Notes: generated by a model from the letters alone, not told the origin. 28,708 nucleotides of DNA from an uncultured Halobacteriales archaeon (GCA_964542685.1 CAZIVN010000001.1:1-28708); one strand, 5' to 3'; positions 8,299-17,295 are shown, counted from the stretch's first letter. Numbers and translations are program-made.

Positions 8299-8388
8299 AA
8301 TTCGGATTTGAAGTAGAGAAGTCGCAGCCAGCGCAGCGAAGCGAGCAGGACCGTCTTGACGTGGTTCGAAATCCGAATTGGCCCACTT
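8299..8388. repeat. tRNA T-arm/3'-end duplication: inverted copy 8299-8312, direct copy 8363-8388
   Basis: AATTCGGATTTGAA is the exact reverse complement of tRNA 8226-8239; GGTTCGAAATCCGAATTGGCCCACTT repeats the tRNA 3' end with one extra G. Confidence 0.85.
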
Positions 8389-9184
8389 TTCTGCTCCGAG
8401 CGCAACGCGAGGAGAGCGATCCAGCGCTCGTGACGACCCCGTCCCGACGGTGGTCGTGTCCCGGACGAGCCGGATGTCGCCTTCCGAGAAATCACGGAGT
8501 GACAGATCCGATCTCGACGATGCCAGAAACGAGTAGTACGTGGCCGCGGGCGGAACCGTTCTGTCCAACCCCCCCCGGAACTGGCGGAACGCTTCCGCCC
8601 GCGACCTACATCTGAGAGGGTATAAGATATCTTAAATATATTCCCTGATAATCGGGGACTGGAGTGGGATAGCTTAGGACGGTTCACTGACAGACATCGA
8701 CAGAATCGGGGTTGGAAGAGCGGTGGATGAGGGGATCGGGTGGGGGAGCAGAGGGGGTCAGGCAGTGGGATGCAGAAATCCGGGGACCTCGCTCCATCGT
8801 AAGGAGCAATTTACTACTATAGTTGCAAATATTTATACTTTCGGGTAACGCAGTGGTACGGCCCTCCGGAGCGATCACCGATCGACTGTGCGCCGACGAG
8901 TGCTGCCGTCCAGTGGGCTTCGTTCACCTTCGGGGGATCGCCGGTCCGGCCGTACAGGCGGCGCGAACGCCACGGCCCCCCGTCTCCGAACCCGACCCTG
9001 CCGTCGGTGTCGAAGCAACGTGTGTCACACGACTCCGGAACCGATTCCGGAAACCGCCGATCGGCGTCGTCGGCCGCGCTGGCGGCCGTCGTCGGCCGCC
9101 TCGCCTGCTTCCCGGAATTCCGGAACCGACACGCCTGCGGTTATCGGGCGTCCGCTCGAACGGTCCGTCGGACCGTCGATCACC

Positions 9185-9343
9185 ATGGCTCGCGACCGAC
9201 ACGACACCTGGCCCCGTACAGCATCCCACCCGGTCGAGAACGTCTGCTGTCCGACGGCCGCCGTCGTCGACGACGGCGGGCGCGGCGAGTACCGCTGTGG
9301 CTGTTGCTTCAGGACGTTCGAACCGCCGGAGGGAGAGCGATGA
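9185..9343 (+). CDS. Small Cys-rich putative zinc-ribbon protein (52 aa)
   Basis: VCCPT...EYRCGCCFRTF; ATGA overlap with the next ORF. Confidence 0.5.
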   Translation: MARDRHDTWPRTASHPVENVCCPTAAVVDDGGRGEYRCGCCFRTFEPPEGER

Positions 9344-9537
9344 CTGCCGACGACGGTCGGCCCTCGTTCGTCTCCCCGTACGTGCGAACCGTCCGGTGTT
9401 TCCGGTGTGGGGCCGTGATCGATCCGGCCGACGCGTCGGGCGTCGACGTCTCCGGCCCGGAGTACACCCCGCGACTGGAACCGGCCTGTTCCCACTGCGC
9501 CGCCGACGCCGGGTTCCCGGGCGTACCAAGTCGCTAA
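9340..9537 (+). CDS. Small CxxC/CxxC zinc-finger protein (65 aa)
   Basis: RCFRCG...PACSHC; translationally coupled to the previous ORF. Confidence 0.6.
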   Translation: MTADDGRPSFVSPYVRTVRCFRCGAVIDPADASGVDVSGPEYTPRLEPACSHCAADAGFPGVPSR

Positions 9538-9610
9538 TTAACAAACGTCCACTCCCAGGTACGGATGCTTGGTGACCTGCCGGTCACGGAGCACGTTCAG
9601 AAGTGATACA

Positions 9611-10045
9611 ATGTCGACACGAACTACAGACGGCACGGACACCGTCCGACGGTACCTGAAGGCGTTCAACGACCGCGAGTGGGACACATTGCGGAGCCTT
9701 CTGGCCGACGACGTCGTCGAACACGGCGTTCACGAGGAGTTTCAGGATCCCGACGAGATCGTCTCGTTCCTGCAGGAGTACTTCGAGGTGTTCCCCGACT
9801 ACTCCGGTAGCACGGAACAGATGCTCGTCGACGGCGACACGGTCGCGGTCAGGTACGAGGCGTCGGGCACGCACAGTGACGAGTACGAGGACATCAAACC
9901 GACCGGCCACACCGTCGAGTGGAGCGGCATGGCGATGTACGAGATCGACGACGGCCGGATCTCGGAGATCTGGATCGAGGAGGATCGAATCGGCCTGCTG
10001 GAACAACTCGAGGTGGTCGACCCGCCAGGGCACCTGCGGCTGTGA
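9611..10045 (+). CDS. Ester cyclase / SnoaL-like NTF2-fold protein
   Basis: VRRYLKAFN...FPD...EQMLVDGDTVAVRYEASGTH...PTGHTVEWSGMAMYEIDDGRISEIW. Confidence 0.9.
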   Translation: MSTRTTDGTDTVRRYLKAFNDREWDTLRSLLADDVVEHGVHEEFQDPDEIVSFLQEYFEVFPDYSGSTEQMLVDGDTVAVRYEASGTHSDEYEDIKPTGHTVEWSGMAMYEIDDGRISEIWIEEDRIGLLEQLEVVDPPGHLRL

Positions 10046-10097
10046 CCGGTCGGCGGCACAGTCCTCGAGGGTCGGCACGCCGACCCCGTAGTCGGGC

Positions 10098-10877
10098 CTA
10101 CGCCAGGAGGACCAGGAGGGGAATTCCACCGAACACGACGCCGAACCCGATCAGGCCGAGGCCCCGCTTGAACTGTCGTTTGCGGGCCCGGTCCTCGCCG
10201 ACGTCGGCCACGACGAACGGCGTGCCGAACAGCGTGTCCCGCCAGCCGCGGTCCTCGGGGGCGATCTCGTAGCGGGCCTCCGAGGTCGGTACGGCCCCCG
10301 AGGCGGGTCGGACCGGGCCGAGGACGTACACCTCTTCGCCGTCGTCGAGACGCTTCTCGGTGAAGCGGTACCGTTTGTCGCCGCCGAGACTCACCGGCCC
10401 GACGTCGAACGACGCGTCGATCTCCCCGAGTTCCTCGTCGATGTACGACTGGACGCGGGGCGGAAGCGACTCGTCCTCGCGGGTGTCGACGTGGAGTTCC
10501 TCGGTGAGCAGGTGATTCGCGTTGCCGGGGTTGACCGCGACGGTCCGGCCGCTCTCGCCCCGGAGTTCGAACGGGACCGCCCAGTCGTCGCCGTCGACGC
10601 GCCGCCAGTTCGACCCTTCGCCGCCGTGGCTGTACCGTTCGACCTTGTGCGTACAGATCAGCGACTCCGCACCGCCGTACGGCGACGTGATCGTCTGCCC
10701 GACGGCGTGGGCCCGTCCTTCGAACTCCTGTAACCCCGTCTCGACCGTGAGGCCGTCGTGCGGATCCATCCGGCGCATCGTCCACCAGCGACGCAGTCTG
10801 ACGACGCCGAGGACGACCATCGCTGCGCCGACCAGGACGAAGATTCCGGCGAACAGGGCCGCTCCCACCGAAACCAT
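10098..10877 (-). CDS. GIDE-domain membrane protein
   Basis: N- and C-terminal TM helices; EFEGRA...SP...SL...KVERY...W...VPFELRGESGRTVAVNP...RFTEKRLDDGEEVYVLG pattern. Confidence 0.65.
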   Translation of the reverse strand: MVSVGAALFAGIFVLVGAAMVVLGVVRLRRWWTMRRMDPHDGLTVETGLQEFEGRAHAVGQTITSPYGGAESLICTHKVERYSHGGEGSNWRRVDGDDWAVPFELRGESGRTVAVNPGNANHLLTEELHVDTREDESLPPRVQSYIDEELGEIDASFDVGPVSLGGDKRYRFTEKRLDDGEEVYVLGPVRPASGAVPTSEARYEIAPEDRGWRDTLFGTPFVVADVGEDRARKRQFKRGLGLIGFGVVFGGIPLLVLLA

Positions 10878-11203
10878 GCACGAGCGTCGACGCGCCGACA
10901 CAAAAAATTGGCGTGTGTGTCGCGGACCGAGCCGACGCTTCCGGCAACACCCCCTTTCCTGCCACCGAAACCAACGCCCGGCGATCACGTCAACCGTCCG
11001 TATGGGTAGGGGACGCGACGTGTTGCGGAGCGCTCTCTCGGTGGGCGGGACGGTCCCGACGACGGTCGGAGCGCTCGTACTACTGGACAGAACTTCTCGA
11101 CCGTCCTCGCCGACCGACTGGCGACCACGTCGACGTGGGCACGATTCCCAGCGGTTGGGAACGCGCTTCGGTACATAAGAGGAGGTAGTGGTAACCGTCG
11201 CGT

Positions 11204-12271
11204 ATGAGCGGCCACGACGTAGACGAGCGGCGACGGACCGTGCTGAAAGCGACTGCCGCCGCGGCGACGGCCGGGGCGGTGGGCGTTCGGGGACTCCCCC
11301 GCGTCGGCGCCCAGGAAACGACGCTCGGGGACTGGTTGTCGAACGTGAGCAACTTCGAATCGGTCGTCGACGAGACGGGGACCGACGAGGTCCGCATCGC
11401 CGTCGGCGCCGAGGGGAACAACGGCGCCTTCGCGTTCGACCCGCCGGCGGTGCGCGTCGACCCGGGAACGACCGTCGTCTGGGAGTGGACCGGCGAGGGT
11501 GGGCAACACAACGTCGTCGAGACGGAGGGCACCTTCGAGAGCGACCTGTCGGGCGACGAGGGGTTCACGTTCGAACACGCCTTCGCGGAGACGGGCGTCT
11601 ACCGCTACGCCTGCGGTCCCCACGAGGCGATGGGCATGAAGGGAGCCGTCGTCGTCGGCGACGTCGAGGTGGACGTCTCGGCGGCCCAGGGGGGTGACGG
11701 GAGCGGCGAGGACGGCGGCGAGAGTGGTACCGGCGGTGACGGCGACGGCGGCGCCGACGCCGACGCGGGGGCGACGGAGGACGAGCGGTCGTTCGTCGCG
11801 ACGGAACCCGACTACGGCGACTGGTTCGAGGGCGTCGCCAACTACGAGGGCACCGTCGACCGGCGCGGCGAGAGCGAGGTCCGCATCGCCGTCGGGGCCG
11901 AGGGCAACGGCGGCCCGTACGCGTTCGATCCACCGGCCGTGCAGGTCGACCCGGGAACGACCGTCGTCTGGGAGTGGACCGGCGAGGGCGACGTGCAACA
12001 CGACGTCGCGGCAGAGGACGGCGGCTACGAGAGCGACACGGTCGGCGAGGCCGGCGAGGTCTTCGGGCTGACCTTCGACGGCGAGGGGGTCAGCAAGTAC
12101 GTCTGTTCGGGCCACGCCGAGAAGGGCATGCGCGGTGCAGTCGTCGTCGGCGACGTCGCGTCGTCGCCCGACGAGGGCGCCCTGAAGACCGCCCTGCTGG
12201 GACTCGCGGGTGGCATCGTCGCGGCGCCGCTGATCGTGAGCCGACTGGTGAACCGCGGCGACGACCAGTAA
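11204..12271 (+). CDS. Tat-exported two-domain halocyanin (type-1 blue copper) with C-terminal anchor
   Basis: RRTVLK Tat motif; HNV...YACGPHEAMGM and HDV...YVCSGHAEKGM ligand sets; acidic Gly linker. Confidence 0.92.
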   Translation: MSGHDVDERRRTVLKATAAAATAGAVGVRGLPRVGAQETTLGDWLSNVSNFESVVDETGTDEVRIAVGAEGNNGAFAFDPPAVRVDPGTTVVWEWTGEGGQHNVVETEGTFESDLSGDEGFTFEHAFAETGVYRYACGPHEAMGMKGAVVVGDVEVDVSAAQGGDGSGEDGGESGTGGDGDGGADADAGATEDERSFVATEPDYGDWFEGVANYEGTVDRRGESEVRIAVGAEGNGGPYAFDPPAVQVDPGTTVVWEWTGEGDVQHDVAAEDGGYESDTVGEAGEVFGLTFDGEGVSKYVCSGHAEKGMRGAVVVGDVASSPDEGALKTALLGLAGGIVAAPLIVSRLVNRGDDQ

Positions 12272-12298
12272 CCGCCGAGCGCCGACGGTCCGCCCCCC

Positions 12299-12391
12299 TC
12301 AGCTCAGCAGGAACGCCGCGAGCAGTCCCAGGACGATTGCAGCGAAGAGCAACAGCAGTCCGATCAACATGAACCGATCGGCGCCGTCCAT
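12299..12391 (-). CDS. Unannotated 30-aa single-TM microprotein (MDGADRFMLIGLLLLFAAIVLGLLAAFLLS)
   Basis: ATG at 12391, TGA at 12299-12301, TTTTTACG TATA about 26 nt upstream (leaderless geometry). Confidence 0.6.
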   Translation of the reverse strand: MDGADRFMLIGLLLLFAAIVLGLLAAFLLS

Positions 12392-12464
12392 GGCCGGGGC
12401 GTCGACCGCCAGCGTAAAAACTCCACCTCCGACGCCCGGGTCGTCCTGACGGTCCCCGGCAGTG

Positions 12465-13223
12465 TCAGACCAGGGCGGTGAGCCACCCGGCGACGCTCTC
12501 GACGATCGTCTCCCAGACGGACACGTCGATCGTCAGCGCGAGCAGGGTGTCCGCCGCGAAGAAGGCGAAGATCGCCGCGCCGACCAGGTGGGCCTTCCGG
12601 AGGTCGAACCGGTGGGAGAACGTGTGGAAGAAGTACGCGTTCGCCAGGCTCACCGGGATGATCACGAGCATCTCGCCGGCCCAGATCGCCGGACTGGCGC
12701 CGTACTGGGCCGCCAGCCCGATCGTCACCAGCTGGGTCTTGTCCCCGACCTCGCCGGTCGCCATCAGGGCGAAGATGGGGAGGAACCCGCCGAGGACGTT
12801 CGGCACGTCCCGCCCCGCGACGGTGACGTCGAGGTCGCCGAGCGACCCGCCGTCGGTCTGGGCGACGGCTTCCCGTTCGGCGGCGTCCGTCACGGACGGG
12901 CCCCCGTCGCCACCGACCGCGTCTTCGATCGACTCCTCGCGGCCCGGGGCGGAGCGCAACAGCATCACGGCAAACAGCAGGAACAGTGCGGCGGTGATCG
13001 CGTCCAGGGCCGTGCCGGGGAGCGCGCCTTTCAGCGCGTTCCCGACGGCGATTTCGACGGCCGTCCACCCCGCGAAGGCCGTCGCTGCGGCGGCGACGAC
13101 CAGTCGCGGATCGTACCGCGTCGAGAGGCCGGCGATGATGAACTGGACCTTCTCGCCGGGCAGGACCGCCAGTTGCGTCCCCGCCGCCACGAGCAGAATC
13201 TCGAGCCAGCCAACACTCGTCAT
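12465..13223 (-). CDS. TMEM165/GDT1 (UPF0016) family Mn/Ca transporter
   Basis: Two repeats, LPGEKVQF and EVGDKTQL; six TM helices. Confidence 0.88.
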   Translation of the reverse strand: MTSVGWLEILLVAAGTQLAVLPGEKVQFIIAGLSTRYDPRLVVAAAATAFAGWTAVEIAVGNALKGALPGTALDAITAALFLLFAVMLLRSAPGREESIEDAVGGDGGPSVTDAAEREAVAQTDGGSLGDLDVTVAGRDVPNVLGGFLPIFALMATGEVGDKTQLVTIGLAAQYGASPAIWAGEMLVIIPVSLANAYFFHTFSHRFDLRKAHLVGAAIFAFFAADTLLALTIDVSVWETIVESVAGWLTALV

Positions 13224-13282
13224 CGGAACCACCCGTCCCTGTCGGGTTTCGATGCGACGACTCGCTGCCGACGTTCGACCAT
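13220..13282 (-). CDS. Putative 20-aa leader ORF coupled to TMEM165 (MVERRQRVVASKPDRDGWFR)
   Basis: ATG about 28 nt downstream of the TTTATGAA TATA; its stop overlaps the TMEM165 ATG (ATGA). Confidence 0.35.
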   Translation of the reverse strand: MVERRQRVVASKPDRDGWFR

Positions 13283-13287
13283 CGGCC

Positions 13288-13308
13288 GAATTTAGCCGTA
13301 TCTAATTC
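13288..13308. promoter_or_regulatory. Imperfect palindrome GAATTTAG-ccgtat-CTAATTC (candidate metal-regulator operator)
   Basis: Lies between the minus-strand TATA and the presumed TSS of the TMEM165 unit. Confidence 0.45.
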
Positions 13309-13586
13309 ATAAACCTGACGCGTCGAAACCGACACGCTCACACGCCCGTTCGGGTGGGCGGTCGGGACGTCCGGCGGCGACGCCGGCAGCCTGCCGGACC
13401 TGGCACTGCGGAATCGTCGAGGGGAGGAGTCGGACACGCCAACGTTTGGCACGCACCAGACACGGTTCGGAGGGATGGCGTGTCCAGCGTGTGCTACGCA
13501 ATCTCACGGCAAAACGTTTGTGGCCGCCGGGTACGGGGGCTGCCGGGGCGCCAACGGTTTAGCCCCCGGAGCGAGACTGTGCCGAC

Positions 13587-14384
13587 ATGGCACACGTCGA
13601 AGTACCCGCCCCCGGTCTCGGGACCTCCGGCGTCGAGGGCACCGAGTGCGTCGAGACGGTCGTCCGCGCCCTGGAGGCCGGCTACCGGCACATCGACACC
13701 GCCCAGATGTACGACAACGAGGCCGCCGTCGGCGAGGCCATCGACCGGGCCGACGTCGCCCGGGAGGACGTCTTCCTCGCGACGAAGGTCCACCCGAGCA
13801 ACCTCGCCCGCGAGGACGTCCTCGCGACGGCCAGGGAGAGTCTCGACAGACTGGGGGTCGAGTACGTCGACCTCCTGTACGTCCACTGGCCGACCGACGC
13901 CTACGACCCCGCGGAAACCCTACCCGCGTTCGACCGCCTGGCCGACGATGGCCTGACACGGGCCGTCGGCGTGTCGAACTTCACGCCCGAGTTGCTCGCG
14001 GCGGCTCGCGATACGCTCGACGCGCCGATCGCCGCCCACCAGGTCGAGGCCCACGTCTACTTCGGCCAGGACGAACTGGTCGCCGACGCGCGTGCGAACG
14101 ACTGTACTCTCGTCGCCTACTGCCCGCTCGCACAGGGTGCCGTCGTCGACGACCCGGTGTTGACCGACGTCGCCGAGCGCCACGACGCCACCGCCGCGCA
14201 GGTCGCACTGGCGTACCTGCTGGACCGCGAGGGGGTCGTGCCGATTCCCCAGGGCCGCGGGGACCACGTCGAGGAGAACCTCGCCGCCCGCGAGATCGAC
14301 CTCACGGCTGCCGAGCGCGACCGCATCGCCGACCTGGACGAGGGGCGACGCCTGCTCGATCCCGACGCGGCCGCCTGGAACTGA
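13587..14384 (+). CDS. Aldo/keto reductase
   Basis: GLGT, GYRHIDTAQMYDNE, FLATKV, SLDRLGVEYVDLLYVHWP, VGVSNF. Confidence 0.95.
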   Translation: MAHVEVPAPGLGTSGVEGTECVETVVRALEAGYRHIDTAQMYDNEAAVGEAIDRADVAREDVFLATKVHPSNLAREDVLATARESLDRLGVEYVDLLYVHWPTDAYDPAETLPAFDRLADDGLTRAVGVSNFTPELLAAARDTLDAPIAAHQVEAHVYFGQDELVADARANDCTLVAYCPLAQGAVVDDPVLTDVAERHDATAAQVALAYLLDREGVVPIPQGRGDHVEENLAAREIDLTAAERDRIADLDEGRRLLDPDAAAWN

Positions 14385-15154
14385 TGGTCGACCGCTCGGC
14401 CGTCGCGAGCGGCGTCCGGGACGTCTCGCCGCTGTTGCTCGGCGTCGTCCCGTTCGGCCTCGTCGCCGGCGTCACCGCCGTCGAGGCCGGGTTCCCGCCC
14501 GAGATCGCCGTCGCGATGTCCGTCGTCGTGTTCGCGGGGGCCGCACAGCTGGCCCTGATCGACCTCGTCGGCCAGGGGGCGACGGCCACCGTCGCCGCCG
14601 CGACGGCACTGATCGTCAACCTCCGGTACCTGATGTACAGCGCCTCCATCGCACCGCGCTTCCGGACCTACTCCACCCGCTGGCGGGCGCTGTGTTCGTA
14701 CCTCCTGACCGATCAGGCCTACGCGCTGACGGTCGTCCGCGAGGGCCCGGTGCGGGCCTACTACCTCGGCGCGGCGGCGGCGCTGTGGCTCACCTGGCAG
14801 GTCACGACCGTCCTCGGCGTCGTCGTCGGGGCCTCCATCCCGTCCGCCTGGAACCTCTCGTTTGCCGTGCCGCTGACGTTCCTGGCGTTGCTGGTGCCGG
14901 CCGTCGAGGACTCCCCGACGCTGTCGGCCGCGCTGGTCGCCGGGACCGTCGCCACCGCCGGCGTCGGCCTCCCGTTCAACCTCGGCCTCGTCGTCGGTGC
15001 GGTGGCCGGCATCGGCGTCGGCGCCCTCGTCGCCCTCCGGACCGAACCGGACCCGGTCGCGGCCGCCGGCGAGGAGGGCGTCGGAGCGACGCCCGCGGCG
15101 GCCGGAGAGACGGGCGAGGCCGCCCCCGACGACCCGGGGGGTGAGGAGCCGTGA
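14384..15154 (+). CDS. azlC: AzlC-family branched-chain amino acid exporter subunit
   Basis: PFGLVAG, SVVVFAGAAQ, IVNLRYLMYS, LTDQAYA. Confidence 0.92.
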   Translation: MVDRSAVASGVRDVSPLLLGVVPFGLVAGVTAVEAGFPPEIAVAMSVVVFAGAAQLALIDLVGQGATATVAAATALIVNLRYLMYSASIAPRFRTYSTRWRALCSYLLTDQAYALTVVREGPVRAYYLGAAAALWLTWQVTTVLGVVVGASIPSAWNLSFAVPLTFLALLVPAVEDSPTLSAALVAGTVATAGVGLPFNLGLVVGAVAGIGVGALVALRTEPDPVAAAGEEGVGATPAAAGETGEAAPDDPGGEEP

Positions 15155-15480
15155 CGACCGATCCGACGACGCTGTGGGCGGTGATCCTCGTCGCCGGCCT
15201 GGGCACCCTCGCCTTCCGCCTGTCGTTCGTGATGCTGTTCGGCCGCCTGGAGACAGTCCCGGACCGCCTGGCGTTCCTGTTGCGGTTCGTCCCCGCGGCG
15301 GTCCTCGCGGCGCTGGTCGTGCCCGCCGTCGTCGCGCCGGCCGGCACCGTCTTCGGCGCCGACCCGCCGCGTCTGGTCGCGGCCCTCGTCGCGACGGGCG
15401 TCGCCTGGCGGACCCGGAACCTGTTCGCGACCATCGTCGTCGGGATGGCGACGCTGTGGGTCGTCTCGGCGCTGGTGTAG
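15151..15480 (+). CDS. azlD: AzlD-domain protein
   Basis: GLGTLAFRLSF...LRFVPAAVLAALVVP...TRNLFATIVVGM; overlaps the azlC stop. Confidence 0.9.
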   Translation: MTTDPTTLWAVILVAGLGTLAFRLSFVMLFGRLETVPDRLAFLLRFVPAAVLAALVVPAVVAPAGTVFGADPPRLVAALVATGVAWRTRNLFATIVVGMATLWVVSALV

Positions 15481-15557
15481 TCCGACCGTCGTGCGCCCTG
15501 TGAACCCGCACCGAACGGGGAGAAGAGGTTTCAGGGTCGTCCCGCAACGCCCGTGTC

Positions 15558-17234
15558 GTGACGCCGGAGTCCGACGAGTCGTCGGTGAGCGACGACGCGG
15601 GTGTGATCGAGGTGAGCGACGACCGTGGAGCCGGTGGCCCGGACGCGACGACGGGTGACGGCGACGCGGCCGACGCCGACTCCGCCGAGGGCGACGTGCC
15701 GGACGAACCAACAGACCCGGCAGTCGTCGAGGAGCGCCTGGACGACGCGCTGGAACGGGTCGCCCACGGCGCGACGGTGTCGATTCCGAGCATCCTCGTC
15801 CAGAACGCGCTCACGGTGGCGTACACGGCCGTCCTGACCAACGGGTTCGCGGCCGCGGCCTACGGCGTGTTCGCCCTGGCCGCCCGGTTCCAGAGCATCG
15901 CCGTCCAGTTGACGACCTGGTTCGGGTCGGGCCTCGGCCGGTACGTCCCCGCCGCGGAGTCCGACGTCGAACGGGACCTCGTGGTCACGTTCGCCTCGGT
16001 CCTCCTGCTGGGCGTCTCGACGGCGTTCGGGGCCGCGCTGTTCCTCGCTGCGCCGACGGTGACCGAACTCGCCGGCGAGGGAGCGACGTTCCGGGCCTTC
16101 CTCCAGGTGTTCGCCCTCGGCACCCCGGCGGTCGTCTGGTTCCAGACCGCCGGGTCGCTGTTCCAGGCGTTCGAGGAGGTCGTCCCGATGAACGTCGCGA
16201 CCCGGCTGACGTTCCCGCTGGCGCAACTCGGCGTCGCGGTCGCCGGCGTCGCCGTCTTCGACTCGCTGCTGGCGGTCGTCGTCGGGGTCGTCGCGGTCCA
16301 CGCCGTCGTGGGCGTCGCCGCCGTCGGGTGGCTCGCGGCGAAACGCGGGCTCCGCCCCCGCCTGCGCGGCCCGGACGCCCGGGGGTACCACCGCCGGTAC
16401 CTCGCGTTCGTCGTGCCCATGTTCCTCACCGGAATCACCTACACCGCCCAGCACCTCGGGTTCTACCCGCTGATCGCCTGGTTCCTCTCCGGCGAGGCCG
16501 CCGGCCTGTTCGCGGTCGGCGTGCTCGTCGCCGGGCTCGCCCGCCTCCCACTGACCGGGATCAACCAGTTCGTCTCGCCGGTCGTCGCCGCACTCAACGA
16601 CCGGGACCACCACGCCGCGCTCGGCCGACTGTACCACGTCACGAGTCGGCTCGTCCTCGTCGGCGTCACCGGTCTCACCGTGCCGGCGATCGTCTACCGT
16701 CGACCGGTGATGGGGGTGTTCGGCCCCGAGTTCCTGGCGGCCGCGGACCTGCTGCCGGGGTTCGTGCTGGCGAGTTGGGCGGCCTGTGCCGCCGGTAGCG
16801 TCGCGATCATCCTGTCGATGACCGACCACCAGCGTGCGCTCCTGGTGACGAACGTCGTCTCGACGCTGCTGCTCGCGGCCGTCGCCATCCCGCTGACGGC
16901 CACCTACGGTCTGCCGGGGCTCGTCGCGACGTACCTGCTGATGCTCACCGTGAACAACGGCCTCGAGATCGCGACGCTGTACCACCTCGAGGGGCTCCAG
17001 CCGTTCACGCGCCGCCACGCGTACCCGCTCGTCGCGGCGGCCCCGTTCGCCGCGGTCGCACTTGCGGTCGGAACGGTCCTGCCGGGCGGGGTCGGCGCCG
17101 TCGTCGGCACCGTCGCGGGCCTGACGGTCTACGGTCTCTGCCTCCGGTGGTTCGGCTTCACGGCCGCCGAGCGCCGCCTCGCGGCGACGCTCGCGGACCG
17201 CTACCGGACGGCGATCGGGGACTGGCGGGCCTGA
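15558..17234 (+). CDS. Polysaccharide/oligosaccharide flippase (MOP superfamily)
   Basis: About 14 TM segments; AAYGVFALA, EAAGLFAVG, MGVFGPEF motifs; acidic N-terminal extension. Confidence 0.85.
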   Translation: MTPESDESSVSDDAGVIEVSDDRGAGGPDATTGDGDAADADSAEGDVPDEPTDPAVVEERLDDALERVAHGATVSIPSILVQNALTVAYTAVLTNGFAAAAYGVFALAARFQSIAVQLTTWFGSGLGRYVPAAESDVERDLVVTFASVLLLGVSTAFGAALFLAAPTVTELAGEGATFRAFLQVFALGTPAVVWFQTAGSLFQAFEEVVPMNVATRLTFPLAQLGVAVAGVAVFDSLLAVVVGVVAVHAVVGVAAVGWLAAKRGLRPRLRGPDARGYHRRYLAFVVPMFLTGITYTAQHLGFYPLIAWFLSGEAAGLFAVGVLVAGLARLPLTGINQFVSPVVAALNDRDHHAALGRLYHVTSRLVLVGVTGLTVPAIVYRRPVMGVFGPEFLAAADLLPGFVLASWAACAAGSVAIILSMTDHQRALLVTNVVSTLLLAAVAIPLTATYGLPGLVATYLLMLTVNNGLEIATLYHLEGLQPFTRRHAYPLVAAAPFAAVALAVGTVLPGGVGAVVGTVAGLTVYGLCLRWFGFTAAERRLAATLADRYRTAIGDWRA

Positions 17235-17295
17235 ATTGGGTTCCCGGACCGCCGCGGGCCGGAGGCTTTTGCCGTCGGCGCCCGCCCACGCGAGC

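Noticed and set aside
8363-8388. attR of an integrated provirus
   Set aside because: Only about 140 bp from the tRNA, with no integrase or viral genes between; reported instead as a mini tRNA-linked repeat
8812-8835. TACTACTATAGTTGCAAATA as another end of the nested MITE
   Set aside because: The shared words are in a different order and no partner TIR was found
8823-9575. 250-aa ORF, and ORFs 8187-8687, 8227-8568 and 8280-8615
   Set aside because: Arg/Pro-rich or overlapping the tRNA; no haloarchaeal acidic bias
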